Shown one piece after another: positions 60,006 through 64,000 of a DNA stretch of 64,000 nt; position 1 is the stretch's first letter; every line of letters starts with the position of its first letter. The notes beneath the pieces were generated by a model that saw only the letters and a program-made list of their open reading frames with translations, was not told where the DNA came from and searched no databases. The stretch covers positions 1,223 through 65,222 of the forward strand of contig NZ_CAJZIE010000001.1 of NCBI RefSeq assembly GCF_916049665.1, in the 5' to 3' direction. The DNA comes from an uncultured Rothia sp. (GTDB taxonomy: Bacteria; Actinomycetota; Actinomycetes; Actinomycetales; Micrococcaceae). The translations under genes and the position numbers were made by a program.

Positions 60006-61139
60006 TTAGGCGGCGGCAACCAGCGAGCGGCCGCTGTACAGGTCCACCCGCTCACCGGTGATGGGGTGTTCAAAGTGCAGGCTGTACGCCAGTAGCTGCA
60101 GCGGGTACTCGGGGCGGTCGGGTGCGTCGGGGAGTACCTGCGGATAGAGTACATCGCCCAAAATGGGGGAACCGAGCATATTCAGGTGCGCCCGCAGCTG
60201 GTGCGTCTTGCCGGTGTGAGGCGCCAAATCATAGAGCGCCCATTCTCTATTCGGTTCCGCGCGCCAGCCCTCAACCGCCTGCGCGCTCGGGGTGAAAGTC
60301 TGCAGAATCTTCGCGGTCGTGAGCGTATTCGGCTCCACGCCCTGCGCCGCGCACTGCTCCTCAGAAAGCTGCTGAACCTGCAGCTGGTCGCGAATCTTCT
60401 GAATATGTGAACGCACCTGTAGCCCCTCCGCACTCAGCGCCCGCTCGGCGGCGGCGGGGTCAGCGGGAACCGGCGCCACGGCGCGGTAGGTCTTCGACAC
60501 CCGACGGTGCTGAAACATCATCTGGAAGGGGCGGCGCGCCTCCACGGTCTTAGCAAAAAGTAGCACGCCCGCGGTCGGGCGGTCCAGGCGGTGAATCGGA
60601 ATCAGCAGCGGGTTCTGCTCACGCACCCGCAGCTTGGTCAGCGCGGTCTGCGCAATATAAGCACCGCGCGGGGTGGTCGGCAGAAAATGCGGCTTATCAA
60701 TCGCCAGCACGTGCTCGTCCTCGTAGAGCACCGGCATATCGGAGGGTAGCTCCGGCTCATCGGCAAGCTCGCGGAAGTACCAGATGCGCTCGCCCGGCAT
60801 GTAGGGGCTATCGCTGGTCAGCACCGTGCCGTCATCCAGGCGCACCTCGCCGGTATTAAAGCGGGCGTGAATAATCTGCGGGTCGTTCGGGTAGAAACGC
60901 GCAATCAGATAATCCGCGACGGTCGTCGGGGTGGTGCTGGTCGCGGAGCTACCGTTTGGGGCAAGCTCGGCGGGGAGCTCCTCTAGGTGCGGCAGAATCA
61001 GCTGAATCGGGTCAATGCCGTTCTTCTGTGCCAGCGGAGGGGTCAGGAGGCGGCGGTGTGTGCGGCGTGCAGGCTTCGCCTGGTAGTTTGCGCCGGGCTG
61101 CGTACTGGGCTGCGTGCGGGTGGTGTTCTGTGCGGGCAT
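60006..61139 (-). CDS. pseudouridine synthase, RluA family
   Basis: Catalytic motif 'HRLDRPTAGVLLFAKT'. Confidence 0.75.
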   Translation of the reverse strand: MPAQNTTRTQPSTQPGANYQAKPARRTHRRLLTPPLAQKNGIDPIQLILPHLEELPAELAPNGSSATSTTPTTVADYLIARFYPNDPQIIHARFNTGEVRLDDGTVLTSDSPYMPGERIWYFRELADEPELPSDMPVLYEDEHVLAIDKPHFLPTTPRGAYIAQTALTKLRVREQNPLLIPIHRLDRPTAGVLLFAKTVEARRPFQMMFQHRRVSKTYRAVAPVPADPAAAERALSAEGLQVRSHIQKIRDQLQVQQLSEEQCAAQGVEPNTLTTAKILQTFTPSAQAVEGWRAEPNREWALYDLAPHTGKTHQLRAHLNMLGSPILGDVLYPQVLPDAPDRPEYPLQLLAYSLHFEHPITGERVDLYSGRSLVAAA

Positions 61140-61193
61140 GGCTCTACTCTACCGCCTGCGCGGGGCTGGTTGGTGGCGGCCCAGATGAGCCAG

Positions 61194-61235
61194 GCTGAAC
61201 CGGGCTGAACCGGGCTGAACCGGGCTGTCTACCGG
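61194..61235. repeat. 10-bp tandem repeat (GCTGAACCGG) x3 plus a degenerate copy
   Basis: Read directly from the sequence, just upstream of the RluA-family gene start. Confidence 0.8.
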
Positions 61236-61684
61236 ATGAAGCGGGTGGAAATATTGCCGTGGGTCTGGCTGTGGGGTTGCGAAAATCAGATTTGTCTGAC
61301 ACTCATGAATGTTTGTGCGAATGCTTGGAGCAAAAAACGAAAACTTCACAAATTTTTGAAATTATTGGACATTTAATTTAAAAAAACTGCATTAATTTTA
61401 CAAAAAACAGTGTTTAAGTGCGGTATTTTCGAAAATGCTGTCAAATCAGAAACTAATAACCCTCAATTTAGACCCTGTGGTTTTTCTAAGTATATAAGAT
61501 GTAAAGCAATTAAAGACCTGCTAACCTGGGCATCCTACGTCATAAACGCCTTAATAAAGGCTGGAAACCGCCTTAAAGCGGTACGATTAAGACACAGAAG
61601 TTCGATATTTCGAACGAAGGGGTCGAAATGTGACAGAAACAGCGCAAGGGCGCAGAGATTAAAGGAACACCCCCGATTAAGGCG

Positions 61685-62317
61685 GTGCAATCGGACAATT
61701 CCAAAGCACCGGAAAATGCGATAGGAGAGGTTATGGAACATTCACAAAAGAATGCGGAGCCTCGCACCGGTGCCCTGCGCATGGAACCGCACGAACGCGA
61801 AGAGCAAATTCTGAAAATTGCTGCAGAACATTTCGCTCAACGTGGCGTGCTCGGTGCCTCCATGAGCGCTATTGCCCGCGACGCCGGCATCACGCGAGCC
61901 CTGCTCTACCACTACTTCCCCGGCAAGGACTCCCTGGCGGCAGCCGTCACCCGACGCGAAGCCAACGCAGTCCTTGAGGCTCTTGGCGAGCACCACGAAA
62001 ACCCCGAGGAAGCACTCCGCAGGGCACTGCGCACCTACTTCCTCGTGGTGGCGGGCGTCCCCACCCCCGGCGGGGAGGACTTCCCGAACAACCCCACCGA
62101 CTACCTCGAGTGGATGCTCGAGCGCACCGGCATGCCGATTAATGACCGCACCCGCGTCATTCTCGGAGGCTGGTTGCAGCTCGTCGACTACTTCGCCCTG
62201 CACGTCGTGCAGCTCAACCCCCGCGATCAGCGCACCGTTCGTTCCCGCGGGCTCGGGCTCGAAGAAGCCATCGACCTGTGCCTGGGTGCCGTTGACACCC
62301 TCACCGGCGGCTACTAG
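61685..62317 (+). CDS. TetR family transcriptional regulator (start possibly at 61724, 'MEHSQKN')
   Basis: HTH 'ASMSAIARDAGITRALLYHYFPGKDSL'. Confidence 0.8.
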   Translation: MQSDNSKAPENAIGEVMEHSQKNAEPRTGALRMEPHEREEQILKIAAEHFAQRGVLGASMSAIARDAGITRALLYHYFPGKDSLAAAVTRREANAVLEALGEHHENPEEALRRALRTYFLVVAGVPTPGGEDFPNNPTDYLEWMLERTGMPINDRTRVILGGWLQLVDYFALHVVQLNPRDQRTVRSRGLGLEEAIDLCLGAVDTLTGGY

Positions 62318-62612
62318 CCGACAATTCTGAAGGTACTAGGCGAGCACCCTAGACTTCCCGCTCCGATGTTTGGTTATGTGCTCCACGGCAAAGATGACGT
62401 GGATATCCGGGCGGTTATTCCTCCGCTACGCCGCCTGCGACGTGGTGGACTCCGGGAACACCACCCGGTTCGTGAGTAGGGAAACATAATGCCCCGCATC
62501 CCCTTCCGTGAGGGTGTGGGGCATTATGCTGCTCAGATTTTGTGATGTTCAGGTTGAGGTTAAAGGAATTAGCTTAACTTGAGGCTGAGCCTGAGACCCT
62601 GTGCGGAGGGCG

Positions 62613-64000
62613 CTAAATGGAGCGTCGCAACGACAGCCCGCGAACCGTCGCGTAGAAACCCTGCGCCTGCAATGCTGCGCGCAGTGCCTCCACCGGATGC
62701 TCCACGATTTCGCTACCGGAGGTGCCCAGCGTGGATGCGTTCAGGGTGTGGGTGCCCAAAAGCTCCACATCGTTGACCTTCTCCACCGAAATCTTCTCCG
62801 CACCACCGGCAGACACCAGGCGCGCCAGGGCGGGGGCAGCCGCCTCCAGAAGCACCGGGTCGGTGGTAAACGCCAGCAGAGTCTTCGCGCCACGCTCCAC
62901 GTACAGCACCGGGGCGCCGTTCACCAGTACCACGCAGGCGCCCGCCTTACGCGCCGGGCGGTGCTTCACCGGGCCCTCGCCTTCGTGCGCAAAGGAGGGA
63001 ATCGGGGGCCAGCTCAACGCCGCACCGTACGGGTTCGCCGGGTCGGTCGCCGCCAGAAGGGTCACCGTGAACGTGCCGTACACCTGCTCCGTATCGGTAC
63101 GCTGCGGGGTATAGGCGCTCGCACCAAAAGCCTGCGGACCTGCGGGAATGCTGAGATTATCGGCGGTGGAACGCAACAGATCCACCGTCGCCGGGGCGGC
63201 AAACTGAGCCGCGCCCAAACCCTCAATAAAGTAGCCGCGACGCACCAGCGCACGATCCTCAGCCGCCGAATAAATCCGGTACAGCTGCGAGAACCCGCCG
63301 GCAGAATCCTCCACCTGCAGGCACCCGCGAGTCAGCACGCCGTAGCGGTCCAGCAGCAGGTCGGCACGTGCGAGCGCCGCAACCGTCGCCTCTACCGGCT
63401 CCTGAAGGAGTGTGTCCACGCGCGAGAAACGGCCGCTATCCTGCGGTGCAACTGCGGGAGCGGCGGTATGGAGCCCGCCGCGGAGGGAATTGCCACGCAG
63501 GGAACGCAGGCCGCGCCCGGTGGCAGGCGCAGAGTAGCCGCTGGAACCATAACTATCAGCGCCGAAACTGCCCGCCATGCCGTTACCCATGGAGGCGCGC
63601 GCCGCCGCAATACGACCCGCACCGCGGCGACCCACCCGCGTCAGACGCGCAGCAAGTGCCGGAGTCGGATGCGCACTGCGGACACCGGCAAGCATCGCCC
63701 GAACCGGTGCGAAACTATCGTTCGTCACCGCGCCAGACCACACAAGCCGCCACAGCGCTGCCGAAACCTCCGCCGCATCCGGAAAAGTCACCACCTGACC
63801 GGCGGGCGCAGCCGCACTCATCAGCTGCGCCACCCGCTCACGCAGCGCCGGCACGAACAGGCCGCCGTGAGCCAGCGCCTCATAAATGGCGTGCTCGAGC
63901 GTGCCCGGAGTCTGCAGAGCCTCCCAGAGCTCGGGATTCTCTGCGTGCAGCAGCTGCTCCGGGTAGTCCTCGCCCAGAGTCAGCGAAGAGCTCTCGCTCA
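62613..64000 (-). CDS. lhr: C-terminal portion of a large Lhr-type ATP-dependent helicase (partial; continues beyond the window end)
   Basis: Open frame with no start in the window and coding GC3 bias. 'VTFPDAAEVSAALWRLVWSGAVTNDSFAPVRAML' resembles the Lhr C-terminal domain. Assignment is tentative. Confidence 0.45.
   Translation of the reverse strand, partial: SESSSLTLGEDYPEQLLHAENPELWEALQTPGTLEHAIYEALAHGGLFVPALRERVAQLMSAAAPAGQVVTFPDAAEVSAALWRLVWSGAVTNDSFAPVRAMLAGVRSAHPTPALAARLTRVGRRGAGRIAAARASMGNGMAGSFGADSYGSSGYSAPATGRGLRSLRGNSLRGGLHTAAPAVAPQDSGRFSRVDTLLQEPVEATVAALARADLLLDRYGVLTRGCLQVEDSAGGFSQLYRIYSAAEDRALVRRGYFIEGLGAAQFAAPATVDLLRSTADNLSIPAGPQAFGASAYTPQRTDTEQVYGTFTVTLLAATDPANPYGAALSWPPIPSFAHEGEGPVKHRPARKAGACVVLVNGAPVLYVERGAKTLLAFTTDPVLLEAAAPALARLVSAGGAEKISVEKVNDVELLGTHTLNASTLGTSGSEIVEHPVEALRAALQAQGFYATVRGLSLRRSI

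Noticed and set aside
61410-61724. 104-aa plus-strand ORF inside the AT-rich island.
   Set aside because: Lys/Arg-rich with low GC3, unlike every real gene in the window. It is most likely non-coding.

Overview
This is a high-GC (~58-60%) actinobacterial chromosomal segment with strong GC3 codon bias. A minus-strand frame at the window start is read by hand (not in the ORF track) as a cardiolipin synthase 5' portion. It is followed by a TetR/MFS efflux pair and an Opp-type ABC importer (oppB-oppC-fused double-ATPase oppD), which is followed, unusually, by six tandem paralogous family-5 substrate-binding lipoprotein genes, each with its own ~300-450 bp leader and most with hairpin terminators. 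Next come an unknown polytopic membrane protein, a glucose-family PTS EIIBCA, a P-type cation ATPase and a Corynebacterium-style heme-acquisition locus. That locus is hmuTUV plus a sortase-anchored (LASTG) HtaA-like protein with three conserved-region (CR) domains, divergent from heme oxygenase hmuO, with candidate DtxR-like and tandem palindromic operators between them. The rest is largely housekeeping: purL/purQ/purS, lysC, recR with a long acidic tail, dnaX, a 4.5S/SRP RNA, tRNA-Ser(GGA) and a small ParB/Srx-like ORF. These are followed by a TetR/alpha-beta hydrolase pair, the queuosine-precursor transporter yhhQ, two tandem amino-acid permeases, a thioesterase, two paralogous 4-Cys lipoproteins, an SRPBCC protein, tgt, a DyP peroxidase, a GH76-like protein, an RluA-family pseudouridine synthase, another TetR and the 3' end of an Lhr-like helicase. 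The most unusual material is the six-gene binding-protein array with recurring TGTGG motifs and CRP-like palindromes, the structured heme-locus regulatory region, tandem 15-nt repeats in the PTS leader, and several AT-rich structured intergenic regions that may encode small RNAs. No CRISPR array, integrase or transposase was seen.
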